Source: Candidatus Saccharimonadales bacterium (lineage in GTDB: Bacteria > Patescibacteriota > Saccharimonadia > Saccharimonadales > UBA4665). From it: a stretch of DNA of 64,000 nucleotides. Under the pieces are notes generated by a model, which was given only the letters and a program-made list of their open reading frames with translations, searched no databases and was not told where the DNA came from. The translations under genes and the position numbers were made by a program. The stretch is from positions 67,503-131,502 of the forward strand of contig DASSKE010000004.1 in assembly GCA_035690865.1 (NCBI GenBank), written 5' to 3'. The first letter of the stretch is position 1; each line of letters begins with the position of its first letter. Shown in pieces: positions 20,022-30,217 of this stretch.

Positions 20022-20927
20022 ATGAACATGCATATGCTGTATCAAGCAGGCACACTCAATCGCAGGCGTCCATACTGGCACGTTGATATGAAATGGGTGG
20101 CGAGCCTGTTTTGCATGCTGGCAATTATTGTAACACTGCCCGTAGCGGCGCTCACTCTTTTGTCGGAGCGATCCACGGCGACTAATATTGTTACGTACAG
20201 TCTTGTAGGCCTCACAAGCCCTGAAGGGATAGATAGCGCTAGGGGCTTGGAAGATTTACAGACCCAAGTCGCTCAACAAGGCGCCAAAACACTTTCGGTA
20301 GGCGGCGCTAAAGTTACTTTTACGGCGCAGGACGTGCAAACGCTGACTCCCCGCGAATTGCGCCTTAAAGCTTTTGGCGGTTTTGCCAACAAGTTTTACG
20401 ATCTTGGCCCGTATGCCCTTGCCAAAGAAACCGGCGCCACCGAAGACGCAGCCAAAAAGTTCCAAAATGAGGCAACATCAATTAGCGTGCTTACGGCAAA
20501 GTGGCATACAAATGCTAAACGCATCTTGATTTGGATGGTGCTCGCTGACCTCTTTTTGCTGGCGATAGCCGTGCTCTTTAGCTACCGTTTTGGTCGTTTG
20601 GCTACCCCTGGAGTCATTTTAGTAACGGTAGGCGCCCCGGCTCTTCCTTTGCTTGCATGGGCGCACCAGCATCCGCAGCCAATGGGAACGGCGCGCGCCA
20701 ATGTTGCCGCCTCCACGCTTGACGCTGCCGAAACCTTTGCCAATTACATTGCCCCGCTTGCCGTTCCATCTGTTGCCCGCGTATATCAAGTAGTATTTGT
20801 TGCGGGCAGCATATTGCTTGCGGCGGCTTTTTGCAGCGCGCTGACCTACCATTTTCTGCGCCGCCACCGAAGAATAAAAAACCGCCAAGCTGACCGGCCT
20901 GGGGAGGACCATCATGCTGGAATTTAA
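20022..20927 (+). CDS. Hypothetical integral membrane protein
   Basis: 301-aa ORF with several hydrophobic helices. Its 3' end overlaps the pgl start by 14 nt. Confidence 0.55.
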   Translation: MNMHMLYQAGTLNRRRPYWHVDMKWVASLFCMLAIIVTLPVAALTLLSERSTATNIVTYSLVGLTSPEGIDSARGLEDLQTQVAQQGAKTLSVGGAKVTFTAQDVQTLTPRELRLKAFGGFANKFYDLGPYALAKETGATEDAAKKFQNEATSISVLTAKWHTNAKRILIWMVLADLFLLAIAVLFSYRFGRLATPGVILVTVGAPALPLLAWAHQHPQPMGTARANVAASTLDAAETFANYIAPLAVPSVARVYQVVFVAGSILLAAAFCSALTYHFLRRHRRIKNRQADRPGEDHHAGI

Positions 20928-21573
20928 GAAAATACACGACCCCGAAGAAGCCGCAACGCTCCTTGCCAGCGCCTTGAATGAGCGTCTGGTGCACGGCAAG
21001 CGGGTATTGTGGTTAGTGTCGGGCGGCTCGGCTGTGAGGTGTGCCGCCGAAGCGCAACGTTTGTTGGCACACACGAGCCACGGCCTGATTGTTATGCAGG
21101 TTGATGAGCGATTTGGCCCTCCTGGCCACCCAGATAGTAATTGGCAAAAGCTCCTCGATGCCGGCTTCTCTTTAAGAGGTGTAAAATGCTATCCCGTGTT
21201 GGCTGGCGCAGGCTTACAAGAAACGGTGGATCGTTACGAAGAACGTTTAGCCGCGGAGCTGGCTGCCGCCGATGAGGTGGTGGCCTTGTTGGGAGTTGGC
21301 GCGGATGGGCACACGGCCGGCATTTTGCCGGACAGCCCGGCGGTTACGGCTACAAGTCTGGTTAAGGCCTATCGTGGCCCCGACTTTGAGCGCATTACAT
21401 TGACGCCGCCCGCGCTTAAGCGCATTACGTGGGCGCTGGTATATGCTGTGAGTCCGGATAAACAGGAAGTGCTGCATAGTCTGCAACATAGCGCCCCCGT
21501 TGCCAAGCAGCCGATGCAGCTTTTAAAATCAATACCGCACGTAGTTGTCTGCAACACAGAGCTAGAGAGTTAG
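20914..21573 (+). CDS. pgl: 6-phosphogluconolactonase
   Basis: VLWLVSGGSA, QVDERFGP and LLGVGADGHTAGILP, which are SugarP_isomerase/6PGL family signatures. Confidence 0.85.
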   Translation: MLEFKKIHDPEEAATLLASALNERLVHGKRVLWLVSGGSAVRCAAEAQRLLAHTSHGLIVMQVDERFGPPGHPDSNWQKLLDAGFSLRGVKCYPVLAGAGLQETVDRYEERLAAELAAADEVVALLGVGADGHTAGILPDSPAVTATSLVKAYRGPDFERITLTPPALKRITWALVYAVSPDKQEVLHSLQHSAPVAKQPMQLLKSIPHVVVCNTELES

Positions 21574-21590
21574 AAATGGAGGATATATAA

Positions 21591-22532
21591 GTGAAAATCG
21601 GATTTATTGGTCTTGGAAAAATGGGTATGCAAATGACGCGCCGTTTACAGAGTGCAGGCTTTGAGGTAGTGGCCACCGACCCAAATGCTGATGCGCTTGA
21701 AGAAGCGCATTCCTATGGCATAACTGCCGTGCCTACACGTGACGAAATGGTCAGCCTGCTCCCCGCTCCGGCTGTTATCTGGCTGATGATTCCGGCCCAC
21801 GTTGTACGCGCCGAACTTGAATTGTTAGTGCCATTGCTCGCGCCCGAAAGCATCGTCGTAGACGGCGGCAACAGTGACTTTAGGGACACGCAGCAGAACG
21901 CTGTTTTGTGCCGCGAACACAATGTAACACTTATGGATGTGGGCACAAGTGGTGGTGTGCACGGTTTGGCGCATGGCTTTTCGATGATGATTGGCGGCGA
22001 CGAAATGGCCTACCCGCACATTGAGCCGCTCATTGAAGCACTGGCACAGCCGCACGGCTATCATTACTTTGGCCCCAGTGGTAGTGGGCATTACGTAAAA
22101 ATGGTGCACAATGCTATTGAATACGGCGTTATGGAGACCTATGCCGAAGGGTACAGGCTGCTCAAGGAGTCATCTGACTACCCGGCACTCGATTTAGCAG
22201 CTGTAGCCAGTGTTTGGCAACACGGTAGCATCATTTCCAGTAATCTGAACGGCATGACCGCAGAAGTGTTGCGGGCCAATCCTACTCTCGACCAAGTGGA
22301 AGGAATTGTGGCCCACTCCGGCGAAGCTGACTGGGCATTACAGGTGGCTCAAAAGCTCAATATTCCCTTGCCCGCCGTGCAAGTAGCGGTGGATGCCAGA
22401 CTGGCCTCTTCGAAGGGACAGATCACGTTTGGTACTAAGCTACAGGCAGCATTGCGGACTGCCTTTGGCGGGCATCCGCTCAATCCGGCTCCCGACGACG
22501 CTCGTTCGCCAGAATCAGGAGCAGCCGCATGA
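21591..22532 (+). CDS. gnd: 6-phosphogluconate dehydrogenase (decarboxylating, short form)
   Basis: KIGFIGLGKMGMQM Rossmann fold, DGGNS and GHYVKMVHNAIEYG. GTG start preceded by GGAGGA. Confidence 0.88.
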   Translation: MKIGFIGLGKMGMQMTRRLQSAGFEVVATDPNADALEEAHSYGITAVPTRDEMVSLLPAPAVIWLMIPAHVVRAELELLVPLLAPESIVVDGGNSDFRDTQQNAVLCREHNVTLMDVGTSGGVHGLAHGFSMMIGGDEMAYPHIEPLIEALAQPHGYHYFGPSGSGHYVKMVHNAIEYGVMETYAEGYRLLKESSDYPALDLAAVASVWQHGSIISSNLNGMTAEVLRANPTLDQVEGIVAHSGEADWALQVAQKLNIPLPAVQVAVDARLASSKGQITFGTKLQAALRTAFGGHPLNPAPDDARSPESGAAA

Positions 22533-23998
22533 CCCGCAACGTTTTGCGAGAAGTGGCCGAGGCTGGCCCGGCAACCTTGACGATATTTGGTATTACCGGC
22601 GATTTATCGCGTCGCATGATTCTGCCTGCCTTGTACCATCTGGTGCGGCAAAATCTATTGCCCGACTCCTACAAGATTGTGGGAATCTCGCGCCGCAAAG
22701 GAGAAGTGAACACTCTTTTAGACGCTATAAAAAAGTCACTTAAAGCTCGCGGCGAACAGTGTGACGCTAAGGCTCTGCGCAAACTCGGTGATGCGATGGA
22801 GCTTTTGGCGCTCGACAATACTGAGCCAGACAGCTACGAGGCGCTGCGTAAACGGCTTGATGCTATCGAAGACGAGTCGAAGGTATGTATGAACCGCCTC
22901 TTTTACTTGGCCGTGCCTCCGGAGCTATTCCCTACTATCGTGTCTCATTTAGGCACAAACGGCCTGGCAGAATCCTGCCAGCACGGCACCGGCCAGTCGC
23001 GCCTGTTAATAGAAAAGCCCTTCGGAAGCGATTTGGCGTCGGCGAAACACCTTATTAATATGTTACAACGACATTTTGCCGAGGAGCAGCTGTACCGCAT
23101 CGACCACTTTTTGGCTAAAGAGACCGTGCAGAATCTACTAACTTTCCGCTTGCGTAACCCTATCTTTCAAACCATTTGGAACGCATCGGCCATTAACCGC
23201 ATTGTGGTGTCGGCAACCGAAACGCTCGATATCGAAGGCCGGGTGGCTTTTTATGAGCAAACCGGCGCTTTGCGCGATATGATTCAGAGCCATGTTTTGC
23301 AAGTGCTGAGCGTTGTTATGATGGAATTGCCGGGGATGCCTTCTGCCAAGCAGATTCACGAAGAAAAAGCGGCACTGCTCGAATCGTTGCGGCCCGCTAC
23401 GGCGAGCGGTGTGGTGCGTGGCCAGTACGAGGGCTATCGGCACGAGGTTAAAAACCCTCACTCGCAGACAGAAACGTTTGTGGCCTTGGAACTCGAGGCG
23501 GCCAACAACCGCTGGCGTGGCGTGCCGATTTTTATGCGCTCCGGCAAAGCGCTACACGAAAAGCTTACCGAGGTCTCTCTGCATTTTAAAGCTCAGGCCA
23601 CGGGTAACGATGACAATATTCTGGTATTCAGCTTAGCACCCAACGAGGGTATAACACTGCGTTTGCTGGCCAAAAAACCTGGTTTTGCCGACGCTATGCA
23701 AGATGTAAATATGTCATTTTGCTACAATCGCGACTTTGCCGATGAGCGCCAGCCCAGCGCTTACGAACGTGTACTACTTGACGTTTTTAGGGGTGACCAA
23801 ACGCTGTTTGCCTCCAGTCGAGAAGTATTGGCAAGTTGGCGGGTCATAGACGACCTGCTTAAAACATGGCATAGAACCGCGCCACTCCATATGTACCGCA
23901 AGGGTTCTGATGGCCCAGAGGCCGCCCACGAACTCATCTCAAAACATGGCGGAGTGTGGGAGCATGTGGCCAGTAATGTCTGTCAGCCTATGCAATAG
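22529..23998 (+). CDS. zwf: Glucose-6-phosphate 1-dehydrogenase
   Basis: IFGITGDLSRRMILPALY (NADP site), RIDHFLAKETVQNL (active-site motif) and the EKP motif region. ATGA overlap with gnd. Confidence 0.95.
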   Translation: MTRNVLREVAEAGPATLTIFGITGDLSRRMILPALYHLVRQNLLPDSYKIVGISRRKGEVNTLLDAIKKSLKARGEQCDAKALRKLGDAMELLALDNTEPDSYEALRKRLDAIEDESKVCMNRLFYLAVPPELFPTIVSHLGTNGLAESCQHGTGQSRLLIEKPFGSDLASAKHLINMLQRHFAEEQLYRIDHFLAKETVQNLLTFRLRNPIFQTIWNASAINRIVVSATETLDIEGRVAFYEQTGALRDMIQSHVLQVLSVVMMELPGMPSAKQIHEEKAALLESLRPATASGVVRGQYEGYRHEVKNPHSQTETFVALELEAANNRWRGVPIFMRSGKALHEKLTEVSLHFKAQATGNDDNILVFSLAPNEGITLRLLAKKPGFADAMQDVNMSFCYNRDFADERQPSAYERVLLDVFRGDQTLFASSREVLASWRVIDDLLKTWHRTAPLHMYRKGSDGPEAAHELISKHGGVWEHVASNVCQPMQ

Positions 23999-24049
23999 GC
24001 GCTCCAACCCTTATACTGTAACCATAATGCGGAGGAATAGGAGGAACCC

Positions 24050-25357
24050 ATGCTAACATTTCGATACGACCATGCCGGCGTGCCGGAGGCAGCACTGGCT
24101 TCTTCTGCTCCTTCAACAGAAGAGTACACCGCCTACCTTAAAGATGTGCTCCGTAGTGGCCGTTACGAGGCACCCGAAAGTTCACTACTGCTCGCTGACG
24201 ATGAAGCGTTGTTGGCTTCTGTGCAAGAATTGGTACGCGCAAAAGTCACGAGCCGTTTGCGTTTTCATATAGTAGTTGGCATTGGCGGTTCTAATCTGGG
24301 CACAAAAGCGGTTTATGATGCGCTATTGGGCTACCGCGATGTTTTGCAGCCGGCTCACACCCAGCCCCGTCTTTTGTTTGCCGAAACCACCAACCCGGAG
24401 TGGCTTACGCTGGCTGGTGAATTGCTTACTGCCATTACCGATCCGGCAGAAATTTTGATTAGTGTTATCAGCAAATCTGGTGGCACCACCGAAACAATGG
24501 CAAACTTCGAAATACTTGCGGCGGCTGCCGCTCACCTGCCAAATCTTAATGAGCGTATTGTGGCGATTACAGATGAAGGATCTGAGCTGTGGGACCAAGC
24601 AGCGCAAAAGAGCTTCGCCCGTCTGAGCTTACCCTCTCCAGTGGGTGGCCGTTACAGTGTACTAAGTAGCGTAGGGCTTTTTCCGCTGGCAACAGTCGGG
24701 ATTGATATTGCAACTTTGCGCGGCGGCGCGGCAGCAGAGCGTGACCTCTGCTTACGCGACGATTCCCTGAACGCTGCTGCAGTATCCGCGCAGCTTTTGG
24801 CAATTCAAAAAGAGCGTGGCCATACCATTAACGACAACTTCTTTTTTGCCGCGCAGCTTGAATCGCTTGGCAAATGGTATCGCCAGCTCATGGGCGAAAG
24901 CATTGGCAAGGCACAGTCGCTGGATGGTCAAGACGTGCACCAAGGAATAACTCCTACCGTATCACTTGGTTCAACCGATCTGCATTCTGTTGGGCAGTTA
25001 TATCTGGGCGGCCCCAAGGACAAGTTTACGACGTTTGTGTCGTGCGTTAATCAGCCTGCCATTGCTCTGCCATCGCAGCGGCTCATGCCCGAACTCGTAC
25101 CGGCGCTACGCGGCAAAACGGCCGCCAATATTACAGAGGCCATTTTGCAGGGGGTACAAATTGCCTACCAAAAAGCCGACCTGCCCTTTATGGAGCTGCT
25201 GCTAGATGCCATTGACGAAGAATCAATCGGAGCCTACCTGCAGTTTAAGATGCTCGAAATGATGTATTTGGGCAAGCTTTTACAAGTCAATAGCTTTGAC
25301 CAGCCCAGCGTTGAGTCATACAAAATTGAAACCAAACGTATTCTAGGGGGAAGTTAG
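24050..25357 (+). CDS. pgi: Glucose-6-phosphate isomerase
   Basis: VGIGGSNLGTKAVYDAL and ISKSGGTTETMANF (PGI signatures). SD GGAGGA upstream. Confidence 0.9.
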   Translation: MLTFRYDHAGVPEAALASSAPSTEEYTAYLKDVLRSGRYEAPESSLLLADDEALLASVQELVRAKVTSRLRFHIVVGIGGSNLGTKAVYDALLGYRDVLQPAHTQPRLLFAETTNPEWLTLAGELLTAITDPAEILISVISKSGGTTETMANFEILAAAAAHLPNLNERIVAITDEGSELWDQAAQKSFARLSLPSPVGGRYSVLSSVGLFPLATVGIDIATLRGGAAAERDLCLRDDSLNAAAVSAQLLAIQKERGHTINDNFFFAAQLESLGKWYRQLMGESIGKAQSLDGQDVHQGITPTVSLGSTDLHSVGQLYLGGPKDKFTTFVSCVNQPAIALPSQRLMPELVPALRGKTAANITEAILQGVQIAYQKADLPFMELLLDAIDEESIGAYLQFKMLEMMYLGKLLQVNSFDQPSVESYKIETKRILGGS

Positions 25358-27039
25358 TGCACGGCGACGCATTTTTACAACTAAGCTTAGTTATTGTGCT
25401 CGCTGCCGTGGTCTCGGTAGCGATGCGATGGCTCAGGCAGCCACTAATTATTGGCTACATTATCACCGGAATCATAGCCGGCCCTTCCTTTTTGAGTCTT
25501 TTGCATGACCGTAGCGCGTTTGACACGTTCAGCGAGATCGGCATTGTGCTGCTGCTGTTTATTATTGGCCTGGAATTAAACGCCCGCGTTGTGCGCCAGC
25601 TCGGTAAAGTGGCTTTTTTTACGGCATTTGTGTCGTTGATACTTATGATGAGCTTGGGCTTTACCGCCGCTACGCTACTACATTTTACAAAAACCGAAGC
25701 GGTGCTTACCGGCTTAGCGCTATTCTTTAGCAGCACCATTATTATTGCCAAAGTTTTGAGTGATAAAAATGAGCTGACCCGCCTGCACGGTCGTATCGCT
25801 GTGGGTGTTATCCTTATTGACGACTTGGTGGCAACCATCGCTCTGCTGTTTGTGGCGGCTAATTCTGGCCATTCGCTGAGCGCCGGTGAGGTTGGCTGGC
25901 TCTTTGCCAAGGGAGCGGCGCTGCTTATCGGCTTTGGTTTTTTGGGCGCCAAAGTGCTTCCGGCGGTCACCCGTTTTGTGGCCTCTTCGCAGGAGCTGCT
26001 CTTTTTGTTCGCTCTCGCTTGGGGCTTTGGTGTAGCTACGCTGGTAAATAAGGCTGGTTTTTCGGTAGAGATTGGTGCATTGTTTGCGGGTGTAACGCTG
26101 GCGCATCTGCCGTATGCACACGAGATTGGGTCACACCTAAAACCGCTACGTAACTTCTTTATTGTGCTGTTCTTTATTACGCTTGGCGAGAATCTTAACC
26201 TGGGACATCTAGAGTCGGCGCTCGTTCCGGCATTGGTTTTGTCGGCACTGGTTATTATCGCTAAGCCCTTTGCGGTAATGAGCGCTCTTGGGTTCTTGCG
26301 CTATACCAAGCGCACCGGTTTTAAGGCGGCCATTAACTTGTCGCAGATTAGTGAGTTCTCTATTATCCTCATTGTTTTGGCTCAGCAATCAGGTCTGGTG
26401 AGCGAAAAATTGAGCGCTGTAACGACCATCGTAGCTTTTATAACCATCGCCGTTTCGACCTATCTGATGCAATACGACAACAGCCTGTACGCTAAGCTTG
26501 AGAAAGTGTTGCGAATATTTGAACGCCGCGAAACGCGGGAGCACGAGTCTCGTGTTAATACCCATCCGCTCATTTTGTTTGGCTACAAAAAAGGCGGCCA
26601 TGAATTTGTTAAAACCTTTCGGGCAATGAAGAAGCCCTTCTTGGTAGTTGATTATAACCCTGACGTCATTGAGCTGCTTGACCGGCTGCATATCGAATCG
26701 TTGTACGGCGATGCCACAGATGGTGAGTTGCTGGCCGAACTCCATCTGTCTAAAACCAAACTAGCCGTGAGTACTATCACCGATTTTCAGACAAACCGGA
26801 CGCTGGTACGGCATTTACATCATCACAACAAAGAAATGGTCATTCTATGCCACGCCGACGACTACAACCAGGCCGCTGAGCTGTATCAACTTGGTGCGAC
26901 GTACGTTATGCTGCCGCATTTTATTGGCAGCGAGCGCATGAGTATGTTCATTCACCGTAACGGCTTGCGTAAGAAGAGCTTTGATATTTATCGCGAAAAG
27001 CATTTTATAGATGCCAAAAAACACATTGCCGGAGCCTAG
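25357..27039 (+). CDS. CPA2-family monovalent cation:proton antiporter with C-terminal TrkA-N/RCK domain (Kef-type)
   Basis: About 12 TM helices with the typical PLIIGYIITGIIAGPS start, then the Rossmann-like LILFGYKKGGHEFV...LYGDATD. GTG start overlaps the pgi stop. Confidence 0.85.
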   Translation: MHGDAFLQLSLVIVLAAVVSVAMRWLRQPLIIGYIITGIIAGPSFLSLLHDRSAFDTFSEIGIVLLLFIIGLELNARVVRQLGKVAFFTAFVSLILMMSLGFTAATLLHFTKTEAVLTGLALFFSSTIIIAKVLSDKNELTRLHGRIAVGVILIDDLVATIALLFVAANSGHSLSAGEVGWLFAKGAALLIGFGFLGAKVLPAVTRFVASSQELLFLFALAWGFGVATLVNKAGFSVEIGALFAGVTLAHLPYAHEIGSHLKPLRNFFIVLFFITLGENLNLGHLESALVPALVLSALVIIAKPFAVMSALGFLRYTKRTGFKAAINLSQISEFSIILIVLAQQSGLVSEKLSAVTTIVAFITIAVSTYLMQYDNSLYAKLEKVLRIFERRETREHESRVNTHPLILFGYKKGGHEFVKTFRAMKKPFLVVDYNPDVIELLDRLHIESLYGDATDGELLAELHLSKTKLAVSTITDFQTNRTLVRHLHHHNKEMVILCHADDYNQAAELYQLGATYVMLPHFIGSERMSMFIHRNGLRKKSFDIYREKHFIDAKKHIAGA

Positions 27040-27040
27040 C

Positions 27041-28138
27041 ATGGGGGAGCTTTTATACACGCCACCTATCATTGAGCCAGGAAGCGATTTACTCACCCCT
27101 GCCCTAATTCACGATGCAGCCAACAGCATTACGGAGGCTGGCCATCCGGCCGAAGGTTATCCTGGCTTTATTCCTGGCGAAGGGCCCACTCGCTTGTTTA
27201 TGCACCCAAGCGAAGTGCATGCCATAACAACTTTTGACGAAACGTATCTGCGTAGCAGCGGCTGTCCGGTAACGATTAACCGTGTCTGTTTGCCTGGCGG
27301 CCATGATGCCGTAAGCCCCGGCCGCAGCGCCTTTTTACACGATGCCGTCGATCTTTTGTATACCCCGCAACCAGATATTGCCACCGGCGGCGAAGAGCAA
27401 GTGCCGGAAGAAGATTTTCAGCAGTATATTGATGCGGGCTATACTGTCTTTGATCAGCACAATCGTCCGATGCCCGGGACGTACGACCGGGTCGTGCAAC
27501 TGTTGGGGTTGCGCAGTAACGGTCGCCCCATAGGTATGCCCACGGGGAACGGTAGTTTTGTAGCTCCAGGAAATCATCCGGCAGTAGATGTATTTGCTCT
27601 CAGGCCGGGTGCATCTGGTAGTCAGGACCTTGCGGTGTTATTGTATGGGCGTCCGCGGAGCGATCAATCTCCGGCAGTTTGGGCACCTCCTGGCGGCTTT
27701 GGAAATGCCAGCGATATCGGCCCTATCTCATCCAGGTACGATGCCAAGCAATCCGCCAAGCGCCATGCCCAAAACCCAGATAAGGCTGGTGAAGCGCTCA
27801 AAGACCTCGACGTGCGACACTTGCGTCATGTGCATACCGAATATGCTATCAGCTCGCACACAACTATAAACGCTAATCTGGTGACGCAGAACTTTTTGTA
27901 CCGTGTGCCGTACAGCCGTAGTAATGGCGAGGACACAATGCACGAGGTGCCAACCGGCGAAGCGATACGGGGCGTGGCTTGGATCGCCGTTTCGGCGCTC
28001 ATTAAGGCCGATACCGAGATGCGCAAAAAAGCTGCGCGTGGCTCATTCGAGGAGCCGTATATTATGTGGTCGGCCCATATGCGTGGCTTAATTGCAGCGG
28101 TCAATACCTATCGTTCTATGACTAAAAAAAGGAGTTAA
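27041..28138 (+). CDS. Hypothetical protein (C-terminal half possibly a degenerate Nudix-like fold)
   Basis: The ATG lies 1 nt after the kef stop, with GGAG 6 nt upstream. VWAPPGGFGNASD resembles the start of a Nudix box, but the REx2EE residues are absent. Confidence 0.5.
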   Translation: MGELLYTPPIIEPGSDLLTPALIHDAANSITEAGHPAEGYPGFIPGEGPTRLFMHPSEVHAITTFDETYLRSSGCPVTINRVCLPGGHDAVSPGRSAFLHDAVDLLYTPQPDIATGGEEQVPEEDFQQYIDAGYTVFDQHNRPMPGTYDRVVQLLGLRSNGRPIGMPTGNGSFVAPGNHPAVDVFALRPGASGSQDLAVLLYGRPRSDQSPAVWAPPGGFGNASDIGPISSRYDAKQSAKRHAQNPDKAGEALKDLDVRHLRHVHTEYAISSHTTINANLVTQNFLYRVPYSRSNGEDTMHEVPTGEAIRGVAWIAVSALIKADTEMRKKAARGSFEEPYIMWSAHMRGLIAAVNTYRSMTKKRS

Positions 28139-28144
28139 TACCAC

Positions 28145-29032
28145 GTGGCCAAACGATTTATTACCCATTCCGAAGATTTTCACACCGACGACGTCTTTGC
28201 GACAGCACTTCTTTTAAGCCTTTTTCCTGATGCCGAGATTATTCGTTCGCGGGACGAGCAAGTGCTGGCCACCGGCGACATCGTGTACGATGTTGGGCGC
28301 ATATACGACCCTGGTAAAGGTCGTTTTGACCATCATCAGTTAGGGAGTATGACGCGGCCCAGCGGTATCACTTATTCGGCATTTGGGCTACTCTGGAAGG
28401 AGTATGGCTTACGTTACTGCGAGGACGATCAGGAGCTTTTTGCCATGATCGACGCTAAGCTTGTAGAGCCAATTGACGCAACCGACAATGGCCAACAGCT
28501 TGTAGAGCCAAAATTTGAAGGCGTGCGTCCATTTGTTATAGAAGACGTTATCAGCCAGCTGAATCCGCTTGAGTGGGTAGCCCCAGACGAAACCTATGAC
28601 GCGCAGTTTATGGAGGCAGTAACGCTGGCTACGCGCATTTTAGACCGTACACGCCAAGCTTGCCGTGACAAACTACGCGCTAAGGAATATGTTTTGCAAC
28701 GGTATGCTGCGGCCGAAGATAAGCGCATGATTGTGCTCGACCGCCACGCCTCAATTACTGAGTGCATCGAACGTTGCCCCGAATTATTGTATGTGGTGTC
28801 GCCGCGTGCTGATAAAACCTGGGGTGTGCTGGCTGTTTCGGTGGCTCCCGGCTCGTTTGAAACCCGTCGGCCTTTTCCCAAGGAGTGGCGCGGCCAGCCG
28901 GCTGCTGAGTTGCCCAAACTCACCGGAGTTCCTGATATAACATTTTGTCACACCACAGGCTTTTATGCTGCGGCAAACAGCCGCGAAGGGGCAATTGCCG
29001 TTGCCCAAAAAGCTCTGCCCAAGCCTGCCTAA
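28145..29032 (+). CDS. MYG1/UPF0160 family metal-dependent hydrolase
   Basis: ITHSEDFHTDDVFATALL and GRFDHHQ motifs. Typical length of about 295 aa. Confidence 0.82.
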   Translation: MAKRFITHSEDFHTDDVFATALLLSLFPDAEIIRSRDEQVLATGDIVYDVGRIYDPGKGRFDHHQLGSMTRPSGITYSAFGLLWKEYGLRYCEDDQELFAMIDAKLVEPIDATDNGQQLVEPKFEGVRPFVIEDVISQLNPLEWVAPDETYDAQFMEAVTLATRILDRTRQACRDKLRAKEYVLQRYAAAEDKRMIVLDRHASITECIERCPELLYVVSPRADKTWGVLAVSVAPGSFETRRPFPKEWRGQPAAELPKLTGVPDITFCHTTGFYAAANSREGAIAVAQKALPKPA

Positions 29033-30096
29033 GCACCAACTGATAACACGGCCATGGCATGTACGGCGGTTCGGCCGGGCCTATCGTATATAATGTCTGG
29101 CTTGCGCCGCTGTTCGGGGTTTTCTGGCAGGCGCCAAGCATACAAAAAACCATCGCTGCCACCGCTTAATACACAGCGCTCTCCTTGCAAATCGGCAATG
29201 TCAACGGTTCTGCTATGAACAGCCCTTTGCTTACCTTTTTCTCGTATAGACGGAATATCAAGCAGCGACTCAGCGAGGTCGGCGACTTCCGCCGGCAATA
29301 CCGAGAGCAGCGATGCGCGCCCTACCGATCCCGACTCGCGGACGGTAGCCAACACTTCTTGCCCCTGTGCGGTCCTTCCGACGGCTATGTTGCGGTAAAA
29401 GCTCTGCTGGTCGTTGGCGTACACGGTTCTTACCAATTCATCGCCGCATATGTAATGTAGAGCGCCCGTTGCATCAGTAGCGTATATGTCGCCATTTTCA
29501 CGCTGAGCCAAGCATGGGGCACCAAAAGGACGACGCGCAGTGTAGCGGTAGCTTGGCAGCCATATTTCTTTGCGCGGTGCGTTGCTCTCGGCAATCTCGC
29601 CAAGGTTCCATTTGTATACGACGCCGTTGCTTGCGCCAGCATATAGTTCGTGGCCGGAGGCTACCATGCCAATAGTGCGGACGTCGTCAAGGGCAATGCC
29701 ACCGGGTAAAGAAAGTGTTTCCATTGGCTTGCCAGTGCCTGAGTCGAGCCGGCGCAAGCCCAGTGAATAATCGGTATTTTGAGTTATAGAATAGAGCCAT
29801 TGGCCGCGTTTGAGCAGCTGTACTGGCGCAAAAAGTGAGACTTCGCAGTCCTGGCCGGTTAGCACCGCTTGCTTTTCGCTAAACAGCGCCTGTCCGGAAT
29901 TAAGATTCCAGGCCTGCATGCTGTACGTACCCTCCGTACGAACAATTGCCACGAGGTGTGGCGTCTCTTGCTGCATGCCCATAGCTATATCCAGCACTGG
30001 GCCGCCCACCGACAATTCGTGGAGCACTTCGTCAACATCATTCTGAACCAGTATAGTGCCGCGCAAGTCAGCGGTTGCCATGAGTGTTTCGGCCAT
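29029..30096 (-). CDS. Hypothetical protein, possibly beta-propeller repeat
   Basis: 355-aa ORF with recurring ~45-aa segments ending in aromatic/Gly-rich strands (e.g. GGSDGFLYAWRL, SNGVVYKWNL). No firm family assignment. Confidence 0.45.
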   Translation of the reverse strand: MAETLMATADLRGTILVQNDVDEVLHELSVGGPVLDIAMGMQQETPHLVAIVRTEGTYSMQAWNLNSGQALFSEKQAVLTGQDCEVSLFAPVQLLKRGQWLYSITQNTDYSLGLRRLDSGTGKPMETLSLPGGIALDDVRTIGMVASGHELYAGASNGVVYKWNLGEIAESNAPRKEIWLPSYRYTARRPFGAPCLAQRENGDIYATDATGALHYICGDELVRTVYANDQQSFYRNIAVGRTAQGQEVLATVRESGSVGRASLLSVLPAEVADLAESLLDIPSIREKGKQRAVHSRTVDIADLQGERCVLSGGSDGFLYAWRLPENPEQRRKPDIIYDRPGRTAVHAMAVLSVGA

Positions 30097-30141
30097 TGTT
30101 TCCCCTTCTTATATACTTGATCTATTGTACTTTATTTACGC

Positions 30142-30167
30142 AAAAACCGCCCCCATAAAGGAGGCGG
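30142..30167 (-). terminator. Rho-independent terminator downstream of 30218..30748
   Basis: The minus strand reads CCGCCUCC-UUUAU-GGGGGCGG followed by UUUUU. Confidence 0.7.
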
Positions 30168-30217
30168 CTAAGGTGTAAGAGAGTTTTGTAAGGGTGTAAA
30201 ATAAGAAGTAAGAGAGC

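Noticed and set aside
19931-20029. Upstream extension of the LCP gene (MFIWYHAKAHFWLFIWPELL...).
   Set aside because: The peptide is W/F/H-rich and not protein-like. The extension also overlaps the divergent gene's start and contains a TATAAT box. The true start remains uncertain.
20614-21074. Minus-strand ORFs of 126 and 151 aa across the membrane-protein/pgl junction.
   Set aside because: They are antisense to two supported genes, have no motifs and are Arg/Cys/Gly-rich.
25455-26121. Minus-strand ORFs of 171 and 133 aa inside the Kef-type antiporter gene.
   Set aside because: They are antisense to a strongly supported polytopic transporter gene and have shadow-ORF composition.
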